From the NCBI RefSeq assembly GCF_009914755.1, contig NC_060932.1: a stretch of DNA of 64,000 nucleotides, one strand, 5' to 3'. Each line of letters starts with the position of its first letter. The first letter of the stretch is position 1. The DNA comes from the human T2T-CHM13v2.0 reference genome, Homo sapiens. Both the position numbers and the translations under genes were made by a program. Below the pieces are notes generated by a model. That model did not search any database, had not been told where the DNA came from, and worked only from the letters and a program-made list of their open reading frames with translations. Below, piece by piece: positions 1-19,488 of this stretch.

Positions 1-3713
<3,713 letters not shown>

Positions 3714-4270
3714 TTTATATTTTTAACTGACTAATCTCCCAGAGGAATACTATATTTGAGGCAATTCAAAATACTGGCTGTTAGAGAACATACTCTGAAC
3801 TCCATCTTTGCCCTTGTTTTTTTTTCTCCACATTTCCAAAGCTACCAGTTGTTAAAGGTTCAGCTCATATTCTAAATATTGCCACTATATTTTATGTTGA
3901 TATGATCACTCTTTGAGAGAGATAAAAGTGAAACAAATATCAAGTTCATTTCTGAAACTTAATTACTTTGGTAAGAAAGCAAAAGTAAATGAATTATGTA
4001 GTGAGTACAGAATGTTTCAATCTGGAAAATATTTTGTCTTTTAAGCGGATGAATGAAAAATAACTTGACCTATGCTTCTAGAGTAGTAATTTAGAGCAAG
4101 CAGGCCAGGAAAATTGTCCCTGCTTCTGATTTAATCCTGGACCTAGCATCATTACTTCAAGACACAGCCATAGTTAACTAATGGATTTTTTTAGAACATA
4201 CTTGTTTTAATTCAGATTCTCTGAGTAGCAAGTAACAGAAAACAATAAAATCTTAATTAAGTAGTACGAT

Positions 4271-4420
4271 AAATAGGCTTTGCCATATTGCCTAGGTGTG
4301 AAATAGGCTCTACCATCTTCATTTATATAAGTACACTCTATGATGTTTGCATAATGACAAAATCACCCAACAATGCATTTATTGGAAAGTATCCCTCTCA
4401 TTAAATGATGCATGACTATA
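4271..4420 (+). mobile_element. Tigger3/MER7-type DNA transposon end
   Basis: GTACACTCTATGATGTTTGCATAATGACAAAATCACC and terminal TTAAATGATGCATGACTA-TA resemble the Tigger3 TIR with a TA target. Confidence 0.75.
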
Positions 4421-5149
4421 TTTCTACATTTAAAAATCATATTTGTGTTTTCTTTCCTTGATGCATTGTTATTGTAGATTCCACATGACAGCTCAATTTT
4501 AAAGGGCGTTGTACACCGTCAAGCCTCATTATCAACCCAAATATCTGGGTGAATTATTTATTGAATGACTTAACGTTACCTTAATTTCTCTGAATGGAGG
4601 CAATTATTGTAATTTATAAGCTTTGTGCATAAGACATGGTAAAAATAAAAAATATATAAAAACTCAATCTTCCTTGTGGGAAAATAACTTTTCCTTTTAC
4701 GAAAATTTTGCCAATTAATGACTTTTCTAGAGCACTTTGTGTTAATAAAGTCACTCATAAGATATTCATTAAGCAAGCATCACTACCAGAAAGCAGGATA
4801 TCTGCCAGATAGGCCCAAAGAGGTCCATTAAAAATAATTATAGAACTAGTTAATCAATAAATGAACAAACAAATATATTAGATTTAATTAAAACCTAAAC
4901 AGAAATAATACATATGAAACACAAGAGGGAAATTATTTTATAATGTTCCAAGAGTTTATACAAAATACATGTAAAACACAAAGCTGCAAAGAAAATCATA
5001 ATAAATATCAAAAGTTAGAGTTCTTATAAATCCTATTTTCTAATCATAGTTTAAGAATTATAAATGAACTGATAATACTTGTTTATTTCTGAGTGTTTAG
5101 CATGGGTAAGCATCTAAACCAAGAACTTTAGAGATGTCTATCTTTTTAT

Positions 5150-6800
5150 TTTTTCTTGCTTTTCTTATGGAAAATTTTAAACTTATTTTATATTAGAGAA
5201 AATAGTATAATTTATCTGTAAGTGCCCATCAACTTATGGCAAATCTATCCTACCAAAGACATCCCCACATGTCTTCACTCTCTTGGAGTAAATTCCAGAT
5301 GTTATGTTATTTGCTGCATAAATGTTCAAATATGTATATCTAAATAAAAATCTTTTCATAAACATAGTGACAATATTATGCTTTTAAAATCAACTATAAT
5401 CTTTTAATAAGAGGTAATATTTAATATTAATATCAATTGTATTATTTATCAAGTATCAAGTGATAGATGCCCTTAAACCTCTCATGCTTCCTTCTAACTT
5501 TGAATCAAGATCCAAATTACATGATATGTATCGTGAGCCTCTTTTAGTCTATAATTCTTCTATTTTCTTTTTAAATATTTTTGGTTTTCTTTTAATTTTG
5601 AAATTTATTTGTTGAAGAAATCAGCTCATTTTCCCATAGAAAGTCACATAATCTGGAATCAGTTTATTGATTTCATTTTCTTTCAAAAAGTTGTTTTCCC
5701 TTTTATTACCTATATTTGGAAAGTATCTTCAAAATCATATTTACTGCTTGCAAGAATAGTTCATAAGTGGTGATGTGTACGTTTATCCAGAGCCATACAG
5801 TGTTTGGAACTATCTTTGAAAGGATAGAAGACATTGACAATAATTGCCTAGATGCATTGATCAAAAGGATTATAAATTGAGGATTTATTCAATTTTTTAT
5901 TGTTTTTATTTTACTATTTGGAATAATATTATAATGAGAAACTTTCTTTGGTTATTTGGTTAATGAGGCAATCAATTTTATTATAGAACTATAATCCAAT
6001 TATATTAGATATATAATTTTAAATAAAATTATTAGATTTATTTTTATCAAATTATTAAATAGAAAAATATAGGTAAAACAATGATTTCCTGAAGTAAAAT
6101 ATCTGAAACATACCAAGAAAGATATTAGTCTTAAAATATTCATTTAATTTGCTAGGGTAGTTTCTTTGGAACTGTTTTGTTTTTGCATTAAGTAGATGTT
6201 CTCCAGTTATTCAACTTTAAGTATCATCTTTATTTTACATATTCACAACTCTTTCACCTGATTTAGCAATTTTCCTCGGGTACATCACTTTTATTTTAGC
6301 ATACTTCAAAACATTTTTGTTTGGTTTTGTAGCCATATCTGTATAGCTACAGAAGTTGTTTGTTCAAATTTCAATATTTAGATGAATTGTTTCTTAACCA
6401 TAACTTATTGTGACATAGGATTACTATAGCTGTTTATTATGTTTTGTTTTGTTTCTTTGTTTTAATTCATCCCTTGCTTGGCTATAATTTAGGGTTTAGT
6501 AATTTCTTTTAAAATATCTTTATCCAATGATGTCTGATATTTCAAAATGTCTTGTGGTTGCCTTCTACTTGAATGACAGTTTGATTTTGCATAATTTCCT
6601 GGATCAAATTATGCTTTCAAAATCGGACAGATATTCTTTCATTTATTCCATTTCTTTCCACTTTTGACTGATGCCTTGAAGAAGTCAGAGTCAACCTGAC
6701 TTTTCCTGCTTTCTTTAGTATCGTTCACATTAAGAAATAATTTTTAATCTTTGATGTTCAATAATTTATACGTATCTGTTAATCAGGATATTTTTATTTC
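5150..6800 (-). mobile_element. Very old L1M (L1MC/ME or HAL1-like) fragments
   Basis: T-rich strand bias; motifs such as TTGAATGACAGTTTG and GAAGAAGTCAGAGTCAACCTGA typical of antisense old ORF1; boundaries loose. Confidence 0.4.
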
Positions 6801-8687
6801 CTCATGTATCATAACATATATTTATTATGTCAATATATGTTTATATATGTATATATAATATATTAATATATAATTAATGTTGTTAAATGAGAAGGATATG
6901 TAGCAGCTTTCTATCTTATATCTTACATCAAATTTTAGTGGAACAAAAATTGTATGTAGTAGAACAGAACATAGATGTAACCTTGAAATGATAATATTCC
7001 GGTTTTATTTTCTCTAACTCATAACATACTCAACCTTAGAAACCTATTCCATGCTATGTCTTGCCCCAGAATCCAAATTTATGTCCCTGAGAGCTACTCA
7101 CAACCTCTGTCTAGGATCTGATTTAGCTTTAAAAATCTATCAAAAGTTTTCACATACAGATGAGGGAAAAAAATGTATTTAACTGTGATTTGTTACTAAG
7201 AGTATATTAGCTAATCACTTATAAATGCATTTTTTCTATACATAATAGTTTGAAAGTGAAAGTGATAAACATGATAAATTGGAAAGTTAAACAATGAAAA
7301 TTGAAGAAAGCACACAAAAGTAGTTTCAAACTAGTATGTCTTTGGAAATTAATTTAATTTTCTGTTTTATAAAATAATAAAAAATCTTACAAATTTTATA
7401 AAATAAAATTGTCTATTATTAGGCCCAGTATAGTTTGAGCTAATATTAAATTTGCAGTGATATATATTATATTTCTATGTTTATTTCATGAAACTCAATT
7501 ACAATTTCTGTATTTGAAAATAAATTTCATTACAATTATTTTCCCATAAATTTGCAAAAGAAAAATATAAGTGTAAATATGTTTTCAATCATTTTTAAAA
7601 CATAGCATATTATAGTTTGCTTTATGATCTCACAATTAGAGACTAATAAAATAATATCAATACTTTCTTTCATATACTTCCAAATGCATGTCCTTTTGTA
7701 TTTCATATTAGAGCTTTTAAATTAGTTGATTACTGTTCTTTAAGTTTTAACTGACAATTTAAGCTTATAATAATTTAAAAACTCTGATCTTAAAGATTTT
7801 TCAAGTGAATCTAAGAGAGATTGAGGTATAATTAAAAAAGAAATAAAAATTCAGTATACCTTGATAGAACAAAGAAAATTGTTTATTAGAAACCTAAAAG
7901 AGTTAATGTTCCTTCCTAAGTGACTAAATTACTGTTGAAATTAGAGAGTAGATTTTGAGTGAATTTGTAGTTAGTCACTTGGTAAAAATAAATAAATTTA
8001 AAAAAAATGTCACCATAAGACACGTAAGTTTTACAAATGTGTTACAATCATAGGAGTGCTCATTCTCATGACTGCTCCAAAGTGACGGTTTATTCCTGAC
8101 TTTTTTCAGTCAATGATAAAACAAGATTATTGATGATGAACTAAAGGTTTAACATGCAATATTCGGTATAATGCATACTTCTATCAAAAAGTATTATATT
8201 CTCATGCTGTGAACTTTACCATATTCATCAAATGCCAAACTTGATTTCTAACATATGAACCTTTAGCACCTATTTACTTAGGTACTTTTTAAAAATTAAC
8301 ATAAAATCTATTTACTGTGAATGCATAGTTCATTTTGCAACATAAACACTTTTATAATTTCTGCTTGGGGAAAATTTGAGAAAGAGCACATTTACATAGT
8401 TTAAGTGGAGTTTGACTCTATTAGAAGGTCATACATTGAGTTATGTACTGCTGCACTATGTAGTTCAAAGGGAATTTTTTTCAGAAACTGAAGTATATGC
8501 ACAATGCTAATGAGTAGAGGGATAAAATGAGTACTAATGATCAGATATATGGAGAAGTAAATTAGCCAGTTCCTAGAGGGAGTGAGTTCTTTCACTTCAA
8601 GTTTCAAAGCCATGCTTGAATCACCATCTGTCAGGGTTTATGGACTGAATGTGTAGCCCTGTTATCAGTGGAAAATCCCTGCCTCTC

Positions 8688-9080
8688 TTTTTTTTTTTTA
8701 ATTATTAGAGTTTATTTCTTATAGCAATTTAGATTTATTAAAAAAATGAACAGAAAGTACAGCAAGTTCTTAAATACCACCACTACCACTCTCCTTACAG
8801 TTTTTTTGTATTTTAACACCATGCACTGGTGTGGTTCATTTGTTAAGACTGTTGAACCAATGTTGATAAGCTATTCATAACTAAAATCCAAAGTTTACAT
8901 ACGGCTTCACTTGTTGTGTTGTTAGGTCCTACAAGTTTTGCCAACTGGATAAAGCTATTTATCTGCCATTATAGTATTGTACAAAATGCTTTCACTGCTC
9001 TAGAAATCTGTGCTCCACCTGTGTATTCCTTCCTCCTTTCTTTGGCACCAACCCCAACTCCTAACAACCACTAATCTTTT
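8688..9080 (-). mobile_element. L1MC/L1MD-type 3' end
   Basis: Poly(T), then AGCAATTTAGATTT...AGAAAGTACAG, TTGAACCAATGTTGATA, ACAACCACTAATCTTTT. Confidence 0.7.
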
Positions 9081-9081
9081 C

Positions 9082-9112
<31 letters not shown>

Positions 9113-9118
9113 TTTTTT
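9077..9118. repeat. (CTT)n plus poly(T) tract
   Basis: Read directly; gives the K/R-rich spurious ORF 9000-9200. Confidence 0.95.
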
Positions 9119-9134
9119 CCCGTGAAGCTACTCT

Positions 9135-11700
<2,566 letters not shown>

Positions 11701-13459
11701 GAAAAGTATTTCTGCTGTAATTTTAAGCAAAAAAGTATTTCTGTTGTATTTTCGCAGCAATAGCTATGAAATAAAAATTTCCTTACTTGGGAAATTTTGA
11801 GATATTCAGAACTGAAAATAAAGAGGGATTTTCTATAACTCCATTAAATTGTTAAACCTTTAACAGGTAACAAATAAAAAGAAATCCTGTTAAAATAACA
11901 TTCTGAGTTGTGGAGGGAGGTCACTAGGGCTTAACATGTTCCTTTGCTCTAGACACCACAGTCTACATCATCAGATACTTACTTACGAAAAGGACATTAA
12001 TGTATGATTTAAATTGAAATGTAATGATGACAAAGGAATTTCTTGAAAATGATTAAAGCTATAGTAGTAAATAAAAACTCTAAGCATTTACCTATATGGT
12101 TAATTTAATCGTAATGTGCACGCTGACATGTTTTATAAGTAATGGATTTCTGACATATTTACAGTTCTATTCTCACTAGGACAATATTGAAAACTTTAAA
12201 ATAGATAAGGTCTAAGAGAAGAGTTGCTCTACTGTTTAGGGCTAATTCTATTTTTTATATTTTCAAATTATCAGATCCTTTCTGTATTTTTCCTTCAGAT
12301 TTTTTTTCCCCCTGTCTTGGTCAGAACTGGGTTGTTGCTTTCTTGTACCAGGAACTTTGCTTTTACCAGCACATATATCATTTACAGCAGTGGATGTGTT
12401 TTTGGAAGAAGAAGCTCACATTAACTCTGAGGGTCACCATGACCTAGTCCCCATGGAGATGATTTGGATTTTCCTCATCTCTTCAATATTTCTAAAGGCA
12501 CAGTGAACTTTCAGCAATTGTTTCTTCTGACTACTGATTATACACATTTTTATCATTACAAGCTACTTTGGTGTTTGTTATGATCTTTGTGTTTCCAGGT
12601 GATTTCCATCCATTAATCTCCTATCATCCACTGGTGTTTAACCTCTTATTGCTCAGCCTGTTCCCCTACAGGTGTCTTGACCAACTAGAAAACTTCCAGT
12701 TTAACAGCATGATACTTTCCCTTGTTTCTGTATGGAAGGTCCAGTGGTATAGCATTTGGCCTTATTTGGCATTGCGGTTCATACTATGTCCTACTAGAGC
12801 ACAAGTTATACTGGTGACAAGCTGTATTAAGCAATATACAATCAACTTGAAATACAGCACTGGCTGGGAGCATCTGCATATGTTTCAGTCATGCTCACAA
12901 GCTTGCCATATCAGCCATTGTACATTCTGACATGCTAAGTGTAATTATCTCTGAGGAATACAATAACAGAAAATGTAAACAAAATATGAATACTAATATA
13001 CTGTAGTTATTTTTAGGAAAATATGTGGGAAGAGTGGCCCTTAGTATGCTACCGTGCTGTGTTGTGCAGCATTAAGTGGGGTATATGTAATTATCTTTTT
13101 GATTTTGCTGTAAAAATCTGAAGGGTAGAAGTTTCATGAGTCAGAGTGCTAAATTTCTTTCCCTCCAAAATATTCAGCAAATGGCCCATCACTTACTGCA
13201 ATGAAGCCTCTTACTTTTTATGTGGTGCTATGAATAACTGCCAATTCCTCTTGCTATAGCATTCAGCAACTTCCAGTTCAACTGCAATGCATTTAATGAA
13301 TGTACTGCTTTAATTTTATTCTTGATTAGGAGAATGAGAGTTCTTATATTTGGTAGGTTTTATCATTAATGTAATTTATCAAGTTGGATACTCAGGGAAA
13401 AATGAATTAACAGATATCCTCATTCTTCTGAAAGCCAATAGTAATTATAATAATGGCAG

Positions 13460-13745
13460 TTATAATAATAACAAAAGCAACGAAAACATATTACAATTGC
13501 ATATAATAAAGATAAACCAACTTTTGATGAGTGCCAGGCTCTACTATTTAACTCCATGTAGTGCTCATGTTATTCCTTTGAAGCATGACATTTTTATCCC
13601 CATAATAAAGCAGAGGATCCTGAGATTTTGAGATGTTAACTCTTCTGTCCAAAATTAAAAAATCTAACTCCAAAATGGAAGAACCAACCCTGAACCTCAG
13701 TCCATGTCACTCCAGATTCCATGCGTTTTTTAAACCAGATGCTCT
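13460..13745 (-). mobile_element. MIR
   Basis: GTGCCAGGC...TTTTTATCCCCAT...GAGGATCCTGAG...TGAACCTCAGTCCATGTCACTCCAGA. Confidence 0.7.
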
Positions 13746-14979
13746 TTATTTCTTAAACTAGATATAATTATATTATTTTCAAATGCCAAATTTATAGGTG
13801 GAATATATATGGATAACTTTGGATAGTCATTTAACGAAATATATACTTTATATGATTTCATTTCTCTTAAAGATATAAGAAGTATATAAAATATATAACC
13901 TATAATATATAACTAATGTTAATCTATAATATTTTAGACATATATATCTCTTCTAAACATGAGTATTAGAAGAAAAAGAAAACAATGTCTTCTCTCTATT
14001 TTTGTTATAAAATCATACATAGACATTTCAGGAGATGTAAAATAAAGGCACTAAGAAGAACATTTTATTAATTTAATCATTACTAATTCAACTTTCTAGT
14101 AATATTTTGCTAATTTTCTTTCCAAGGTTTTACCCATATACATATAGGAGCACACTGCTACACAAATACTTTATCATTTCTTATAATATATTTTACAGAA
14201 GTAGTATCATACCTAAATTTTTCATTTAATATTATGAGACATATACAAGCATCAAAAAATAAATGAAAATTGTGATTATTATTTATGTCATAATCTACTA
14301 AATATTTTCTGCTCTGTTAGTTTATAAGTTTCCAGACACAACATACTTAGTCATGAAATATTAGGAAAATCTGTTCTAAAATCAAAAGCAAGGTTAGAAT
14401 CTCTCACTGATAATATACAATGTATTTTCAAAAGGAATAAATTAAAGAGACATTGTTAGTAGTTAACATGACACTCTACCCAGAGTATCCAAGAGAAAAT
14501 ACTGGAAAGATATTGCAATTAATGAGCTGTATATTATGTTAAAATATTAAATAAAATGTTTAATGCAAAAAAAGCAAATACATTGGAACAACTTCCTTGT
14601 AAATACTATACGTCCTGCAAAATACCAAAGTGTAAACCTGAGAAGGACTGCATTGGGCCTCTAAAATGATATACTTCAGTAGAGGACAACAAAGATTAAC
14701 TAAAAAAATAAAAAATAAAAAATAAGAAACTTGCAGGCACAATTTCATGTTTATGAATGGTGAAATCAATATTGTAAAAAGTCAATTCTAACCAATATAA
14801 TCTCTACATATTACACAGTTGCAGTCAAAATGCAAATAACTCTTTAAAGAATTTGAAAAATGAAATTATAAATTCAATGTAAGAGAAATTATAGTTTTTT
14901 CCAATAAACTATGGTGGCAAAATTGTTATATATTTGAAAACATGTTTACTTGTTAACACTTTTTTCTAATACGAATTAA

Positions 14980-15828
14980 ATTATAATAATTATTATTATT
15001 TACTTATTTTAATTTCAGTGGTACATGTGCAGGTTTGTTTTGTAGGTAAACTGCATGTCACAAGGATTTGGTGTACACATAATTTTGTCACCTGGGTAAT
15101 AAGCATAGTACCTGATAGTTATTTTTCTGATTCTCTTCCTCCTCCCATCCTCCACCCTCATGTAGACCCCAGTGTCTGCTGCTCCCCTCCTACTATCCAG
15201 GTGTTCTAATTGTTTAGCTCATACTTATAAGTGACAACATGTAGCATTTGATTTTCTGGTCCTGTGTTAGTTTGCTTAGGATAATGGCCTCCAGCTCAAT
15301 CCATGTTGCTGCAAAGGACATGATCTCAGTCTTTTTCATGGCTTCATAGTATGCCATGGTGTATATGTACCATATTTTCTTTATTCAGTCTACCATTTAT
15401 GGGTATTTAGGTTGATTCTATGTCTTTGCTATTGTAGATAGTGCTGCAGTGAACATAGGGATGAATGTGTCTCTATGGTAGAACAGTTTATATTTTGGAG
15501 GGTATATACCCAATAATGGGATTGCTAGGTGAAATGGTAATCCTGTTTTAATTTCTTTGAGGAATTGCCATACAGCTTTCCACAGTGGCTTAACTAATTT
15601 ACACTCCCACCAGCAGTGTATAAGTGTTCTCTTTGAGGCACAACCTCATCAGCATCTGTTATTTTTTTACTTTTTACTAACTGCCATTTTGATTGGTGTG
15701 AGATAGTAATTCATTGTGGTTTTGATTTGCATTTCTCTAATGATTAGTGATGTTGAGCATTTTTTATATGCTTATTGGCTGCATACATGTCTTCGTTTGA
15801 AAAGTGTCTATTTATGTTATTTGCCCAA
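14980..15828 (-). mobile_element. 5'-truncated L1 3' end (L1PA15/16-like)
   Basis: (TTA)n tail, GTACATGTGCAGGTTTGTT, AAGCATAGTACCTGATAG, antisense ORF2 end. Confidence 0.9.
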
Positions 15829-16096
15829 TGAAAAAGTGTATTTCTACTTTGCCTTACATTAAGCAAGAATTTGAGATAGAAAATATTTTGTATAATATTT
15901 AGAAAATAATAATTAATTTTCATAATCGAGGTGGGCAGGATAAAATACACACGAGGCAAACAGAAATTGGCTGATGTATTTTATTCCCCCAAAATATTCT
16001 ATGTTACAAAATCAACTAAAAACGTATTTATAAAGCAAATGTTAGACCCAGGAATATATATGTAGCATAGGTTTAAGGCAAAGATGATGTACCCAG

Positions 16097-16400
16097 TGCC
16101 AAGAACAGTGGCTTATGTCTTTAATCCAAGCATATTGGGAGGCCTAGGTGGGAGAATGGCTTCAACCCAGGAGTTCAAGACCAATGTGAGTGACACAGTA
16201 GGACCCTGTCTCTAAAAAAATAAATAAAAAAAAAATTAGCGAGGAATGGGGGCATGCACTTGTAGTCCCAGCTACGTGGAAGACTGAGGTGGGAAGATCA
16301 TTTGAGCTCATCAGGTCGAGGCTGCAGTGAGCCATGATGGTGCCACTGAACTCCTGCCTGGGTGATAGACAGACACTGTCTCAAAAAAATAAAAATAAAT
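16097..16400 (+). mobile_element. AluJ
   Basis: Diverged dimer with CCCAGGAGTTCAAGACCA and GTCGAGGCTGCAGTGAGCCATGAT; A-rich linker and tail. Confidence 0.9.
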
Positions 16401-17174
16401 TAAGGGTTTGTATCCAGAAAAAAGAACTAAAACCTGTAAGAAGAAGACAAACTATGAAATAGAGTAATAGACAAATGATATAATTAAAAATTCATAAAAT
16501 TTTAAAAATGCTTAACCTTACTGCTAATCACATAAACTGAAAACATGAATATGGAATTTTACCCACCAATTAAGAACTACTAAAATGATTAATAACATCA
16601 TATATTGGTGAGAATGTGAAATAAAATGCACATACACAATTTTGTAGAAGTATAAATTTGTTAAACCTTTTGGGAAAGCAGCATGTTATTAAATATTAAC
16701 ACTCCATTTATATACCATTTGACTCATAATTTCTATTTCTCAGAACCTGTTTTGCAGAAATACTCCAAGTGGGCACAAAAAAAAAATGCATGAAGCAGTT
16801 GGATATTGTTTCACTCTTTTAAAAATAAAATAAGAAATAAGCAGCCATCAATGGGGAAGCATCAAGCAAATTTTATATGATTATACTTATGCAGTGCTAT
16901 GCAGCTTTTAATGTAAAATCAAACCAAATTTATTGACATGGAAAAATTGAAGATATGTTGTTAAATTTTTACATTTAATACAGGACAATACTATAGATAA
17001 TATGGTGCTATCAATTTTCAAAAGCCGTATATGTTTATCTGTTTCTAATTTCATAGGAAAGAGGAATGTAAAGACATACGGTATGGTGTGTTATAGAGCA
17101 TTAATCCTAATTTCCCAGTCACATGTTTTGTTTTTGTTTTTTCATTTCAAGGGTAGGTATTTTATGATTTAAGC

Positions 17175-17316
17175 AAAGGTGCCCATGTAATTTATGATCC
17201 AAATCTGGATATGTTTGAGAGTGTAATTAATAATTACGCATATTGAAAGGAACAAACCATATATCTCCTAGCAAACCTCCCACTGTCCCTGAAAATCCTG
17301 ATATATAGTCTCTATA
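17175..17316. mobile_element. MER96-like hAT MITE
   Basis: AAGGTGCCCATGTAATTTATGATCCAAA...TTGAGAGTG...TAATAATTACGC...CTGTCCC resembles the remembered MER96 consensus. Confidence 0.55.
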
Positions 17317-17727
17317 TTCATTCCAGTTAGTGAATTCTCTTCCATCCCCACTGTTTTTGGTATGTGCAATTAATATGAAGATAGTCAATAAAAGAAACAT
17401 CTTTTGCAGATACTACTACTGCTACCAAAACACCAGGGGTTTTCTCTGGGTCCTTCTACTCACTCCATAGAAAGCCAATCACTGAGACAATGAATATTAC
17501 CAAGGAAGAAGGCTCTAATTGTGTCCGGCAGCCCAAGGAGATGGGAGATCAAACTCAAATCCATCTCTGTGACCAATTAAAATAAGGAATTTATGTAGCC
17601 GGGAAGAAATGTAAAAATGTGTAAGAAAACAGGAACTAGGGAAGGGCAAGGAAGCAATCATGAGGAATGAAGGGTTCTAGGCATCTCATTGGATGTGATC
17701 TGATGAGTTTCAGTTTGTCGATATTTT

Positions 17728-18801
<1,074 letters not shown>

Positions 18802-18948
18802 ACCCAGCTGATACTTTTTTGAGAGGCCCGAATGTCATTTCCTGAGGAAGGAACTCAGATAAAACAAATGTAAGTTTCAAGCTTTATGACCAGATGGGTG
18901 AATTTCTATGTTTAATCATAAAAACTATCTATGGCACCATTGGATTGA

Positions 18949-19470
18949 TGTGATGGTTAATATTGGGCATCAGCTTGATTACACTGAAGGATGCAAAGTA
19001 TTGTTCCTGGGTGTGTCTGTGAGTTTGTGGCCAAAGGAGATTAACATTTGAGTCAGTGGACTGGGAGAGACAGACTCACCCTCAATCTGGGTGGACACCA
19101 TCTAATCAGCTGCAAGCATAAAAGCAGGCATGGAAAGAGGACACTTGCTGCGTCTTCTGGCCTCCCTCTTTCTCCAGTGCTGGATGCTTCCTGCCCTTGA
19201 GCATCAGACTCCAAGTTCTTCAGGTTTTGGACTCTTCAGGTTTTGGACTTATATCATTGATTTACCAGGGGCTCTCAGGCCTTTGGTCACAGACTGAAGT
19301 CTGTACTGTTGGTTTCCTTAATTTTGAGGTTTTGGGACTGGGACTGGCTTCCTGGCTCCTCAGCTTTCAGACAGCATATTGTGGGACTCCACCATGTGAT
19401 CATGTGAGTCAAACCCCTTCAAATATATTCATCTATTAGTCCATCCATTTAGAGAACCCTGACTAATACA
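18949..19470 (+). mobile_element. MLT2A LTR (HERV-L)
   Basis: Starts TGTGATGGTTAATATTG, contains GGAGATTAACATTTGAGTCAGTGGACTGGGAGA, ends AGAGAACCCTGACTAATACA. Confidence 0.92.
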
Positions 19471-19475
19471 GATTT

Positions 19476-19488
19476 TGGTGCCAGGAGT
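19476..19488 (+). other. Partial tRNA-Leu primer-binding site of HERV-L
   Basis: TGGTGCCAGGAGT starts 5 nt after the LTR end; 12/13 match to the complement of the tRNA-Leu 3' end as recalled (TGGTGTCAGGAGT). Confidence 0.8.

Larger units (their letters stand above)
14370..17050 (+). mobile_element. Old L1ME-type fragments, interrupted by a younger L1 and an AluJ
   Basis: A-rich degenerate ORF2 and 3' motifs (AATATTGTAAAAAGTCAATTCT, TATTGGTGAGAATGTG, TACCATTTGACTCA, CCATCAATGGGG). Confidence 0.6.
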
